Below the pieces are notes generated by a model. That model did not search any database, was not told where the DNA came from, and saw only the letters and a list, made by a program, of their open reading frames with translations. Source: Octopus sinensis (Eukaryota). Taken from it: a DNA stretch of 64,000 bases. Location of the stretch: positions 168,826,001-168,890,000 of the forward strand of contig NC_042997.1 of NCBI RefSeq assembly GCF_006345805.1. Direction: 5' to 3'. Position numbers and translations under genes: made by a program. Of this stretch, positions 39,051 to 51,190 are shown piece by piece (within the stretch, counting starts at the first letter, position 1; each line of letters begins with the position of its first letter).

Positions 39051-39584
39051 CTGTTAAATTATATTCGGGTAAAAACCTTGTAAAATGCTATGCAAAGCAC
39101 ATCCGCAGTTATTGGGTTTCTGATTCGGGGTATCCATTTTCACACTGAGTGAAATAATGGTAGGATCTAACGAGGGTCTTATTTAAGCAATCGCTTGAGG
39201 AAGTGCATTTTCCACCTTGGATGTATGATAATGGTTACACAACATCTCAACGATGTACTACTCGTGTAAAAATGTATCGAAACAGTTGTGGTGATTTTAA
39301 ATAAAGATGGTCGATCCTTCCATTTTCAATCATTTCCCCCCTCTCTCTCTCCCTCTCTCTCTCTCCCTCTCTCTAAATATATGTAGCTGTGTATGTGGTG
39401 TATGTGTGTTTGTGTACATATGTGTATGTGTGTGTGTGTGTGTGCGTGTGTGTGTGTGTGTGTGTAATAAAGATACATTACATTTCAAAAATTACCCTAA
39501 AACATTGTCTTGTACACTGTATGAATTAATCTGTGAGCTGACGCTTGTAGTGTTATGCAAATTAAACTGACCAGTAAGCTGAGG

Positions 39585-39734
39585 GGAGATGCAATGGCCC
39601 AGTGGTTAGGGCAGCGGACTCGTGGTCGGAGGATCGCAGTTTCAATTCCCAGACCGGATGTTGTGTGTGTTTATTGAGCGAAAACACCTAAAAACTCCAC
39701 GAGCAATGCCGGGTGAACAAACACAGACACAAAT

Positions 39735-39777
<43 letters not shown>

Positions 39778-39860
39778 CGTCAGGCTTCCTTCAGTTTCCG
39801 CCTACCAAATCCACTCACAAGGCTTTGGTCGGCCCACGCAGTGGGACTGAACCCGGTTGA
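39585..39860. mobile_element. Family D SINE head (+) fused to a family A fragment (-)
   Basis: GCAATGGCCCAGTGGTTAGGGCAGCGGACTC..; then reverse-complement family A body. Confidence 0.65.
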
Positions 39861-39967
39861 ATTTGTTATACTATTCTTCAATCCCTTTAATTCTCTATAT
39901 CATTTCTATTCTGTATACGCTGGACCTTTTTACAGGTATGCATATATAATAAAATAATAAATGCGCC

Positions 39968-40200
39968 CTTTTAAAGCCTATCGTGGCTCATGGGCCCGGT
40001 TTCAATGGCGTACGTGTTCACCAGCTGGACGGGACGTCAGTCCATAGCAGCGTTACTCATTTTTGCCTGCTGAGTGAACTGGAGCAGCGTGAAATGAAGT
40101 GTTTTGCTCAAGAACACAACGTATCGCCCGGTCCTGGAATCGAAACCACAATCTTACGATCATGATGTTGACACCCTAACCACTAAGCCATGCGCCTCCA
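39968..40200 (-). mobile_element. SINE with a family C head and a family D-like 3' half
   Basis: Head matches 38451ff; CCAGCTGGACGGGACG and CATGGGCCCGGTTTC resemble 6530-6590. Confidence 0.7.
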
Positions 40201-40511
40201 CTATATGCATATATATATTCTTTGTATTTCATGTACCTAATATACCTCATTTATTGATCTGTCTAACTTACTTATCTCTATATTTACTTCAATATACGCT
40301 CAAGTTTAAATCTCTTGAGCATTTACTAAGTGTATTTTATAAGTGTATTCTATAAGCGTATTCTTTCAGTTTCCACCTACTAAATGCACTGACAAGGCTT
40401 TGGTCGGCCTAGGACTGTTGTAGAAGTCACGTAAAGTGTCACACAGTGGGACTAAACCTGGGACAGTGTAGTTGAAAAGCAAACTTTTTATCACACACTT
40501 ACGCCTCTGTT

Positions 40512-40548
<37 letters not shown>

Positions 40549-41033
40549 TGTGAGCGCTTCATAAATATCTATAAGCGACAATTCTCTCTTTGGACAGAGA
40601 TAAGATATCCTTTCTCTGACGAAGATGTTCAAAAAAAAAAAAGAAAAAAAACCTTCGAATCTAGTCAAGTTGATCTTGCTATTTTCGGTCTACGAAGAAT
40701 TAAAACCTATGGTGTAACAATTCTGTTTACTTTTCACAGCGAGACTAAAATCATATGTTTATTAAACACAATGTATACCTTACATTTCAGCTGTCGATAT
40801 TGTCTTAGAGTTGTTGTTTGTGACTCTAATATCATTTCCTATCACGTAGAATACATAATTTAACAAGCCACCAACGTGGCGGCACTGACTGTAATAGACT
40901 AAAGTCAACCAGAGAATGAGCATTTGAAAAAAAATGTCAATTAATTGCCAGTCAGTCTGCGATTAGGCGGCCATGAGATGCGACTGGCGCCAAATTATGC
41001 TTATGGAGTCTCGCGGGAGTGGATGTGTTTTCC

Positions 41034-41160
<127 letters not shown>

Positions 41161-41538
41161 TATATATATATATAAACACAAATGTGTATATCTATCTATC
41201 TATCTATATTTATAGATAGATAGGTATAGATATGTGTGTTTATATATATGCATGCATGTGTATATATGTATGCATACAGATATATGCATATATATATGTG
41301 TACATACATCCATACACATATATTGTACATATTTATGTGTCGAAGTATTATACACACACGCATATATGTATGCATGTATAATATGTTCGAGTGTATATAT
41401 TTTTATTAACGTATATTGATACATTTATCTATAAATATTCAGAAGTAGATACATATATGTATGCAATGAGACATCCTTTTGTGCATACAAATTACATACA
41501 TATACATACATACATACATACATACACATATACACACG

Positions 41539-41590
<52 letters not shown>

Positions 41591-41689
41591 CACACATAAG
41601 ATAAACTTTGAAATGGATGAGTAGCGTTCAATCATATAATAAAATAATATAATACAATATATATATATATATATATATGATTGAACGCT

Positions 41690-42400
41690 ACTCAAATACA
41701 TATACATATACATATATATGCACGTATATACATATATGTATGTATGCATATATGGATACAGGACGTCACAAAACGTAAACAACATGAAATACTAAGACAC
41801 ACTTTGGTATGCGAACAACGAGAGAAACAAATGGAAAACAAGACAAGTAACATAAAGTTGGACCCTTCATCAGTTGTCGGCTGTCCATATACTCCACATT
41901 TCGAGCAATTAACGACAATATGAGGCTTCGAAAAGGCAGTTGCTCCCGCGAACCAAAAAAAAATTTGGGATTTGCGGAGAGTCAAAGTTGGTAACAAAAA
42001 TAGGACAGTGAAGACATACAACAAACCAAGCGAAAACAAACATGGAGAGCCGTTAAGCCAGGCGAGGTAAGGTTGCGAACGCTGGAGGAATGGAATATTG
42101 TCTTTGACAAGAGAAAATATAGAAGATGAGACAGATAAGAATGCGTCTAGTCTGTAAACCAGACTGAAAGGAAAGGAAGATGAATATTTGAGGAAAAGAA
42201 AGATGGACGATGGTCAGGTGTGAGCAACGAGAGTAAAGGAGAAAGATGAAGAGAGAGACAGGTAGAAAACGGTGAAGGGGAGAAAAAAGAATGAGAGAGA
42301 AAAAACGAAATGGAAGAGAGAGAACAGTACAGAGTAGAGTCGCATCAAAATCATTAAGATAAACTTACTTTGAAATGGATGCGTAGCAGGGACATAGGAG
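41690..42400 (-). mobile_element. Probable Penelope-like terminal-repeat remnant
   Basis: Homologous to 19950-20110; direct repeat TAAGATAAACT..TTGAAATGGATG.GTAGC at 41597 and 42355. Confidence 0.4.
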
Positions 42401-42699
42401 ATGCAAGTCGTGAGAAGGAATAAAAAAGATGCTACACAGACGGTAGTCGAACCAAGAAAGAAAGGTCAGGCTTGGCGGAACACCGGTCACGTGGAAGGAG
42501 AGGAGAGAGATAGAGGCAGGGGATTGAAGAATTAGGGAGGAAAAGAGAAAAAGAAAGGAAAGGGACAGAATGAAGTAGAAAAGGAGGGGAAGGCCAAGAT
42601 AGGGGGAGCGAGGAAAAGAAAAGTGGAAAGAACGAAGAAAGTGTGAAGGGGCTAATAGAAAGAGTAAGAGAGTCGTACAGAATTTAGATGTAAATATGT

Positions 42700-42995
42700 C
42701 ATCATCATTCATCATTGTTCGACCGTGGTCGAGACAATGGAATTTACTATGTTACGCCAGACTTCACGGTCCATCATAGCATTACGGAGGTCCTGTTGCT
42801 GGATGCCTGTATCCCTGGAGATTACATCAGGGTAGGAGAGTGTGCGCCCTCTGGTATTGCGAGTAGATGGCTTCCAGAGGAGAAGAGTAGAAATTACTTC
42901 TTTTTCAGCTCTACAACAATGTCCAGCAAACTGGACTCTCCTACCTTTCACAAGAGATGACACAGATGGTAGTTTCCCATATATTTGCATTTTAA
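42700..42995 (-). mobile_element. 5'-truncated RTE-like LINE (second family) with 10-bp TSD
   Basis: ORF end RRVQFAGHCCRAEKEVISTLLLWKP..RGR..DREVWRNIV* runs into a (TGA)n tail; GTAAATATGT at 42690-42699 and 42996-43005. Confidence 0.85.
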
Positions 42996-43329
42996 GTAAA
43001 TATGTACTTACATACAGGAGTCCCAAAATGTATCTATGTCGCTAAATGTATAAAAAAGAATGCAAAAATGGAACAAGAACGTAACAGGCGACAACAAAAC
43101 ATATGTGTGTGTGTGTGTGTGTGTGTGTACAAAATTTTCGTGGAGTTTTCAAGCATTCGCAGTTTCACTGATCAGAATGGGTAGTGCTTTTGTGAAGATG
43201 GAGAATCGGCACTGATGATTCCAGAAGATTGGTGTAAATGGCTCTTCCACCTCTCTTTTGTCCGTCACCGTGAACCAGTCTGTTTCATGAGTGTCATCAA
43301 CTCCAATTTATATATCGCCATTTTTTTAA

Positions 43330-44625
43330 CACCCTTCATCTGAGAAAGGTTACCCAACTTTAGTCCAACAGATAGATCTGCCGTTTTTAGCTATCTATAA
43401 CGTCTGAGAACTAGGATTCAGCTCAAAGGTCACTCTAATTTGCATAATAATGCATGTTAAGGAGTGGAAGAGAGCAACTGTGGAAAATCTTCGCTGTACA
43501 TTGCAATCGATTCATAAAGGAAAAATTCCTTCGCTTTAAAAGTAGTCGAATGCTATCTTAATTTATGAGAAGAATGACACGGAACATCTGAGAAATTCGT
43601 TCCATATGCCTTTTGTCTCATCTTTACAAGCTGTTTATAAAGACCATAGTCACCAGATTATCGAGGTATCAGGAGCAAACAGCCCGAGGAGCAAACAGGT
43701 TTTCGGAAGAACTACAGTACGATTGACCACTGTAACATGACATCTATGACGAGCGAAAGAGTATAAGTTGCCTCTTTGTGTTATCTTCGTAGATTACGTA
43801 AAGGCCTTCAATAGCGTTAAGGCGAATGCCGTGTAAAGGCTCTGCAGATGCAAGGCGTCGAGGCACAATACAACAGGCTTCTTCGGGAAGCAAACTTGGG
43901 ATGTATCTCAGATATAGTACTGCAGTCACCTCTCGTAAGAGTTCCATTTGGGAGGGGTATCAATCAAGGAAATATTTTCTCTCCAAAGTTCTTCATTTCA
44001 TATCCTGAAATGGTCATAAGAGACAGTGACAGGAAAGGCCGTGTCAACATCAACGGAAAGCTACTAACACATCTACAATTTGCACTCGATATCGTGGCCA
44101 TCGAGGAAACCTCAGCTGAAGACCATGTTGATATTGTTGGACACTCAACGTTTACCAGTAGACCTCAACATAAACCAAATGAAACAAAAAGTCTGGAAGG
44201 GTAGCCCAGAGCTGAACAAAAGCACAGCTGAACAAAACACAGCGTGCCAATCTTTTCAATAACACCATCCCACATGTGCTCTTATATGCAAGTGAGACGT
44301 GGGTAACTACAAAGAAAGAACAGGGTGCTATGAAAAGATCCATTCTAAGAATATTATTGCAAGAGCATATCTCAAACGGGGTAATTCGAGAACGGAGTGG
44401 AATGAACGATGTGATCGTGAAGTACTGAAAGCAGGCACAAGCTCCGCTGGGCCGGGTATGTCGCAAGGCCCACAGACAACAAGCGAAAGCGTGCATTGTC
44501 GAGTGGTATCCATGACAATAGAAGAGACTGTTCGCAAGTCCTGTAAGATGATGGGAAAATGACATAGTCAAACAATTCTGGTTCAAAAGCAAGAGGTGGA
44601 CGCAATCAAAGAACAGAAGCAGATT
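43330..44625 (+). pseudogene. Decayed RTE-clade reverse transcriptase (third family)
   Basis: Fragments ICLLSHLYKLF, EQTGFRKNYSTIDH, GINQGNIFSPKFF, GKLLTHLQFALDIV, LLYASETW, with many frameshifts. Confidence 0.85.
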
Positions 44626-44730
44626 GTGATCAGCGATAAATAAGGACATCTAAGTAGTCTGGTCTAATCGCGTGCGTGTGTGTATGTATGCATGTATATG
44701 TGTGTGTGTGTGCGCGCGAGCGTATATATG

Positions 44731-44784
<54 letters not shown>

Positions 44785-44791
<7 letters not shown>

Positions 44792-45128
44792 TGTATGTGG
44801 AGGCATATGGTCTAGTGGTTAGAGCAGCGGACTCGCGGTTGAGGGATCGCGATATGCCTGTATGTGGAGGCATATGGCCTAGTGGTTAGAACAGCGGACT
44901 CGCGGTCGAAGGATCGCGGGTTCGAATCTCAGACCGGGCGATGTGTGTGTTTATGAGCGAAACACCTAAGCTCCGCGCGGCTTCGGCAGAACTTTCTCTC
45001 ACTCTTTCCTGCTGCGTCTTGCAGCTCACCTGCGACGGACCGGCGTCCCGTCCAGGTGGGGAACCTATACATCAAGGAAACTGGGAAACCGGCCCTAATG
45101 AGCCAGGGATGGCTCGAGAAGGAACAAA
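44785..45128 (+). mobile_element. Family D SINE with a tandemly duplicated 67-bp 5' head
   Basis: 44785-44851 is repeated at 44852-44918. Confidence 0.85.
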
Positions 45129-45829
45129 CATGCACGTACGTACGTACGTATGTATGTATGTAGAGATGTGTATATATGAGGGGAGAGGAGCTTATCTTTC
45201 TCCAAACTTACATGTCTTTTGGTCTAAATTAACCCCTCACTTTTTCTAACCAGCAATTCTTTCCACCTGTTCCAGAATCACATTCTTATCCATCTGCTTC
45301 CCATCTTTTCCCTTCTCCCTCAAGTCCTCACCCAACCCATATACATCCTGCTCTACTACCCACATACACCCCTCTACTACCCACGCTTTACACCTCATCA
45401 CCCACAACATTTACATTTTCCACAGACACGCAAATTTTTTCATGAAATTTTGTAGAAATACGTTTGTGAGAGTGTAAACTGCGTAATATTTATGCTTGAA
45501 ATATAAATCTGATAAAAAAAAAATCAAATCAAATCAAAACATGTTAAAGTTACAGAAATTTCCAGAAATTAAATTGGGGTTGTGGAAGGAAGAAAGAGCA
45601 ATCCGAAACGTCTCCCCCACCCATTTTTCTTTTTTAGGTTTCTTCAGTTTTTTTTCCCACTGTATGTATTCCCCTTCAAGTGTAGCTATGTATGATTGGT
45701 TGCATTCGACAGCATTATATTTTTCACTGTTATCAAGTTAACAATAAAAAATATGAAGCTATATTATGTCTCATTGATGCACAATGAGTTGGAGCATTTG
45801 CGTTAAACTGACAATCACCATATCATTAA

Positions 45830-46216
45830 CTAGCAGTATCGCCCGGCGTTGCTCGGGTTTGTTTCGACCCTTTAGAATTGGAATTTTTGAAAATTAAAAA
45901 ATTGCATTATGTAGCTTGTTATTCTCTTTAAGTGAACATTTTCCTGGTTGAAATACACCGAAAAATGGCGACACAGCAGTCAAAACATCGTAAAAAATAG
46001 GGATTTTCATAGAAAAAAAGCACCTTTTTGGTGTAAATAAATTTTGGTGTTAACATGGTCCGATTTGAATTTTTTCTTCTAAGGAAGGAAGAGCAAGCCT
46101 TCTTCTATCATACTCCAATTTTGGTCAACTTGCACCGCAGGGTCTCGGAGGAGATAGTGTTAGTTGAAGGCTACCAAACCTGCCATACACAGACAACTTC
46201 AGCTTTATATATATAT
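45830..46216 (-). mobile_element. Non-autonomous Helitron-like element (related subfamily)
   Basis: A|CTAGCAGTATCGCCCGGCGTTGCTCGGGTTTGT terminus matches the other two copies; interior is diverged. Confidence 0.75.
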
Positions 46217-46946
46217 AAGCTGTTTATTATTATTATTAGTATTAGTATTAGTATTAGTATTATCCCTTTGATCCCCAGTCGTCAATTTGTTTATTATTAT
46301 TATTTTCAGCCTCGCCTCGTATTGCATATTATGTATAATTCATTAGTTATCGTTGACCATCGGTTCCGGCCTCGTGTCTCGCTAAATACAGAATAGATAT
46401 TTAAGTTTCTCCATACAGGGGTTTCAATGGCGGCCGATTTTCGCGGGGTTCCACTATTCCCTTTCTCTCTCTCCCTCTTTTACGTTGTCTGCCCTCCCCT
46501 TCTTCCTTCCCCCTTCCATTGCTAAGAGCATTTTTAAGCTAGCCCGTCAAGTAACGTGCCTCATTTCTTGATTTCAAATCCATTCTGCCGTGTCAGGCCG
46601 AAAACGAAATGTTTCCAAGATAAGAAAATCTTTCTAATCTAATTCATCCCGTAATCTGTACCAGTAATATTCTCATGCAAATTTGTCTGATCTCTAGTGG
46701 TTAAGCTGTTTATTATTATTATTATTAGTAGTAGTATTAGTATTAGCATTAGTATTATCCCTTTGATCCCCAGTCGTCAATTTGTTTATTATTATTATTT
46801 TCAGCCTCGCCTCGTATTGCATATTATGTATAATTCATTAGTTATCGTTGACCATCGGTTCCGGCCTCGTGTCTCGCTAAATACAGAATAGATATTTAAG
46901 TTTCTCCATACAGGGGTTTCAATGGCGGCCGATTTTCGCGGGGTTC
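46216..46946 (+). repeat. ~235-245-bp direct repeat pair upstream of the LINE (46216-46451 and 46702-46946)
   Basis: Near-identical sequence, differing mainly in (ATT)/(ATTAGT) repeat counts. Confidence 0.9.
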
Positions 46947-47223
46947 GCCCGCCCTCCCACCCCCTCCACCGTTACAGGAAGCCTAAAATTTTCTCATCGC
47001 TGTCTCTGATGTACACTTTAAGTTTTACACTGCCCCCACTGCTACAGGAAGTCCAAAATTTTCTCATCCTTGTTGTCTCCCATGTACATGTCTATCTCCC
47101 ATGTACACTTCGCATCCCTGTTGTCTACGCCACTTGCTCCTCCTTCCATAAATGGTAGTGGTCATTCATTGCGAGATATATTGGTAACGTACGCGGTTTG
47201 AACTTAGATTTAATTCTCTGTTT

Positions 47224-50200
47224 ATGAATTCTGCCAAACGCGAGTTTTCTTTTCAGGTTCATGATACTACTAGGTCCAATGCCTCCCACTCCCTCAGGAT
47301 TGGCACCCTCAACGTTGGCACACTGAAAGGCAGATCTGGCGAGATCGTTGAATTGCTTGAACGAAGGTGTGTGGATATATGCTGTGTTCAAGAGGTGAGG
47401 TGGAGAGGAGGTTCTGCTAGGTTCCTCACAGGTAAAGGACAGAGGTACAAGATTTTCTGGGCTGGGAATACTGAAGGGGTCGGGGGAGTAGGTATGCTTA
47501 TTGCCGAAAAATGGGTAGGTAAGGTAATCGAGGTAGTCAGAGTATGTGACAGAATACTGAAGATTAGTTTAGTGCTCCATCATAGTTTAGCAACTATTAT
47601 ATCGGCCTATGCCCCTCAGCCAGGGCTACCCGATGGACAGAAAGACTGCTTCTATGACACCCTACTGCAGACCACCTCACTGACGAACGACAGGGACCTT
47701 CTCTTTGTGGGTGGTGACTTCAATGGGCATGTTGGACGATATGCTGAGGGCTTCTATGGCGTTCATGGAGGCTATGGTTATGGTTCTCGCAATGAGGAGG
47801 GAACCAGGCTGCTGGAGTTCTGTGATGCGAATAGTCTTATGGTTTGCAACACTAACTTCAGGAAACCGACAAGCCACTTGGTCACCTACCGTTCGGGCCA
47901 GCCAAATCGACTACATCCTTACCAGAAAAAGGGAAAGATGGCTGCTTATAAATGCCAAAACCTTCCCAGGCGAAGAGCGTACCCCACAACATAGACTGGT
48001 AGTCAGTGACTTTAGAATCAGGACTAAGAGGACGACTAGAAGACGACCAACATGGAGAAGAAGGGTCTGGAAGCTTAAAGACCCTGCAAATGGACAGAGA
48101 TTTAGAGACATGTTACTTGAAGCCTTCGACGAAATAGAAGGGGGTATAGCTACACATGGGGTAGAAGATAACTGGGCGCTTCTAAGGGACAACCTGCTGA
48201 AAGCCACAGACCAGATCTGTGGCTGGTGCAAAGTCCCCACAAGACCCAAAATAACGTGGTGGTGGAACAATACTGTTGACAGGGCTATTAGACAAAAGAA
48301 ACAGGCTTGGAAGGACTGGAAGAACGGTGGTAGCAGGGAAGTGTATCAGACTGCAAGAAGGGAGGCTAGGAGGCAGGTGTATTTAGCCAGAGGGGAAGCA
48401 GATAAGAAAAAAATTGCCAATGTCCTGCGCCGTGAAGATGAAAGACTTGAGGTATTTCGTGTTGCAAGACAGTGTGTGAGAGAGAATCGTGACGTGGTAG
48501 GAGAGAAATGTGTTCGCAAGGATGACGGCTCACTTGCGCTAAATGAGGATGCAAAGAAAGAGGTTTGGAGACGCCACTATGAAAGGTTGCTGAATGAGGA
48601 AAATGAATGGGATAAAGAGAGTCTGCCGAATGTTGACCCAACAGAGGGACCAGCAATCCGAGTTGACAGTTCCTTAGTAGATAAGGCAATTAGAAGCATG
48701 AAAACATGGAAAGCCCCAGGCCCATCAGGAATTACTGCAGAGATGCTCAAAATATCTGGTAGTGCTGGCTATAGCCTAGTCACCCGTATAGTTAACCAGG
48801 TGATACACGAAGGAGTCATTCCCAATGACTGGTGTAGCAGCATAATAGTTAACTGCTACAAAGGTAAAGGTGACGCCCTAGATACAAATAACTACAGGGG
48901 TATCAAGCTGCTAGATCAGGTAATGAAGGTAACGGAGAGGGTTATAGCCCAACAAATTAGAGAGAGAGAGTTAGCTTAGATCAGATGTAGTTTGGGTTCG
49001 TGCCAGGGAAAAGTACTACTGATGCTATTTTCCTTGTAAGACAGCTGCAGGAGAAATACCTAGCCAAAGACAAACCCCTATACCTGGCTTTTGTCGATAT
49101 GGAGAAAGCCTTCGACAGGGTCCCCCGATCCCTTATCTGGTGGTCAATGAGGAAACTAGGGATAGATGAATGGTTAGTGAGAGCTGTACAAGCCATGTAC
49201 AGAGACGCTGCTAGTAAGGTGAGGGTTGGCACCGAGTACAGTGAAGAATTCAGGGTAGAGGTTGGGGTCCACCAAGGTTCAGTCCTCAGCCCCCTCCTAT
49301 TTATCATAGTCCTCCAGGCAATAACGGAGGAATTCAAGACTGGATGCCCCTGGGAGCTCCTCTATGCTGATGACCTTGCTCTAATTGCTGAGTCTCTATC
49401 AGAACTGGAGGAGAAGTTTCAGGTGTGGAAGCAAGGTTTAGAATCGAAGGGCCTTAGAATCAACCTAGCCAAAACCAAAGTCCTAATAAGTAGGAAGGTA
49501 GACCAATCACAAACGCCTTCAGGTAGATGGCCTTGCTCGATCTGTAGAAAAGGCGTAGGTAGAAACTCTATAAGATGCACCAAATGTAAGCTATGGACAC
49601 ATAAGAGATGTAGTAATGTCAAAGGAAGACTAACTAGGAAAATGGTTTTTATCTGTGGCAGATGCTCAGGAGCAATAAACTCTGGGAATATGCAGAGACC
49701 AACTTCTATCACGTTTCAGGGAGAAAAACTAGAAGTAGTTGATAGCTTCTGCTACCTAGGTGACCAAGTCGGTAGTGGGGGCGGGTGTGCTGAAAGTATA
49801 ACTGCTAGAGTAAGAATAGCCTGGGCAAAGTTTAGAGAGCTCTTACCCCTACTGGTGACAAAAGGCCTCTCGCTCAAAGTAAAAGGCAGACTGTATGATG
49901 CATGTGTACGTACAGCCATGCTACATGGTAGTGAAACTTGGGCTGTGACTGCTGAGGATTTACGTAAGCTCGCAAGAAATGAAGCTAGTATTCTCCGTTG
50001 GATGTGTAATGTCAGTGTTCATAGTCGACATAGTGTAAGTACCTTGAGAGAAAAGTTGGACCTAAGAGGCATCAGATGTTGTGTGCAAGAGAGACGTTTG
50101 CGCTGGTATGGTCATGTGCCGAGAATGGACGAAGATAGGTGTGTGAAAAAGTGCCACACCCTGGCAGTTGAGGGGACCTGTGGAAGAGGTAGACCCAGGA

Positions 50201-50316
50201 AAACCTGGGTCGAGGTGGTGAAGCACGACCTTCGAACTCTAGGTCTCACCAAGGAAATGACCAGAGACCGAGACCTGTGGAAGTATGCTGTGCGTGAGAA
50301 GACCCGGCAAGACTAG
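47224..50316 (+). pseudogene. RTE ORF: APE endonuclease + reverse transcriptase with internal PHD-type finger; disrupted by 2 frameshifts and 1 stop
   Basis: APE: IGTLNVGTL, CVQEVRW, SAYAPQ, GDFNGHVG, SQIDYIL, PQHRLVV. RT: YRGIKLL, FVDMEKAFDRV, GVHQGSVLSPLLF, YADD (49363-49374), FCYLG. C-terminal RLRWYGHV..RGRPRKTW. Frameshift near 47898, (AG) slippage at 48959-48970, TAG at 48988-48990. Confidence 0.95.
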
Positions 50317-50340
50317 TGAGAACAATCAAAATCAAATCAT

Positions 50341-51190
50341 ATATCCGTGTCCGCTGCCAGCCTCGTCTGGCACCCGTGTCGATGATACGTAAAAGCACCA
50401 TTCGCTCGTGGCTGTTTGCCAGCTCTGTCTGGCCCCCGTGTCGGTGGCACGTAAAAGCACCATCCGTACGTGTTCGTTGCCAGCCTCGGCTGGCCCCCGT
50501 GCCGGTGACACGTAAAAGCACCGTCCGTTGGTGGCCGTTTGCCAGCTCTGTCTGGCCCCGTGCCGGTGACACGTAAAAGCACCATCCGCTCGTGTTCGTT
50601 GCCAGCCTCGGCTGGCCCCCGTGCCGGTGACACGTAAAAGCACCATCCGTTCGTGTTCGTTGCCACCTTCGGCTGGCCCCCGTGCCGGTGACACGTAAAA
50701 GCACCGTCCGTTCGTGGCCGTTTGCCAGCTCTGTCTGGCCCCGTGTCGGTGACACGTAAAAGCACCATCCGCTCGTGTTCGTTGCCAGCCTCGGCTGGCC
50801 CCCGTGCCGGTGACACGTAAAAGCACCATCCGTTCGTGTTCGTTGCCAGCCTCGGCTGGCCCCCGTGCCGGTGACACGTAAAAGCACCATCCGTTCGTGT
50901 TTGTTGCCAGCCTCGGCTGGCCCCCGTGCCGGTGACACGTAAAAGCACCATCCGTTCGTGTTTGTTGCCAGCCTCGGCTGGCCCCCGTGCCGGTGACACG
51001 TAAAAGCACCGTCCGTTCGTGGCCGTTTGCCAGCTCTGTCTGGCCCCGTGTCGGTGGCACGTAAAAGCACCATCCGCTCGTGTTCGTTGCCAGCCTCGGC
51101 TGGCCCCGTGCCGGTGACACGTAAAAGCACCATCCGTTCGTGGCCGTTGTGCTAGCTCTGTCTGGCACCTGTGCAGGTGGCACGTAAAAA
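50341..51190 (+). repeat. 61-bp minisatellite, about 14 units, in the LINE 3' UTR
   Basis: Unit GACACGTAAAAGCACCATCCGTTCGTGTTCGTTGCCAGCCTCGGCTGGCCCCCGTGCCGGT, shifting by one base per 60-nt line; two variant types. Confidence 0.97.

Noticed and set aside
46300-46400. HDV-like ribozyme upstream of the LINE (CCTCG and GCTAA motifs)
   Set aside because: Could not identify P1/P2 pairing for the nested double pseudoknot by eye
50341-51190. CRISPR array (also 36452-37140)
   Set aside because: Units are contiguous near-identical repeats with no unique spacers, no cas genes are present, the context is eukaryotic, and the arrays sit within LINE 3' UTRs
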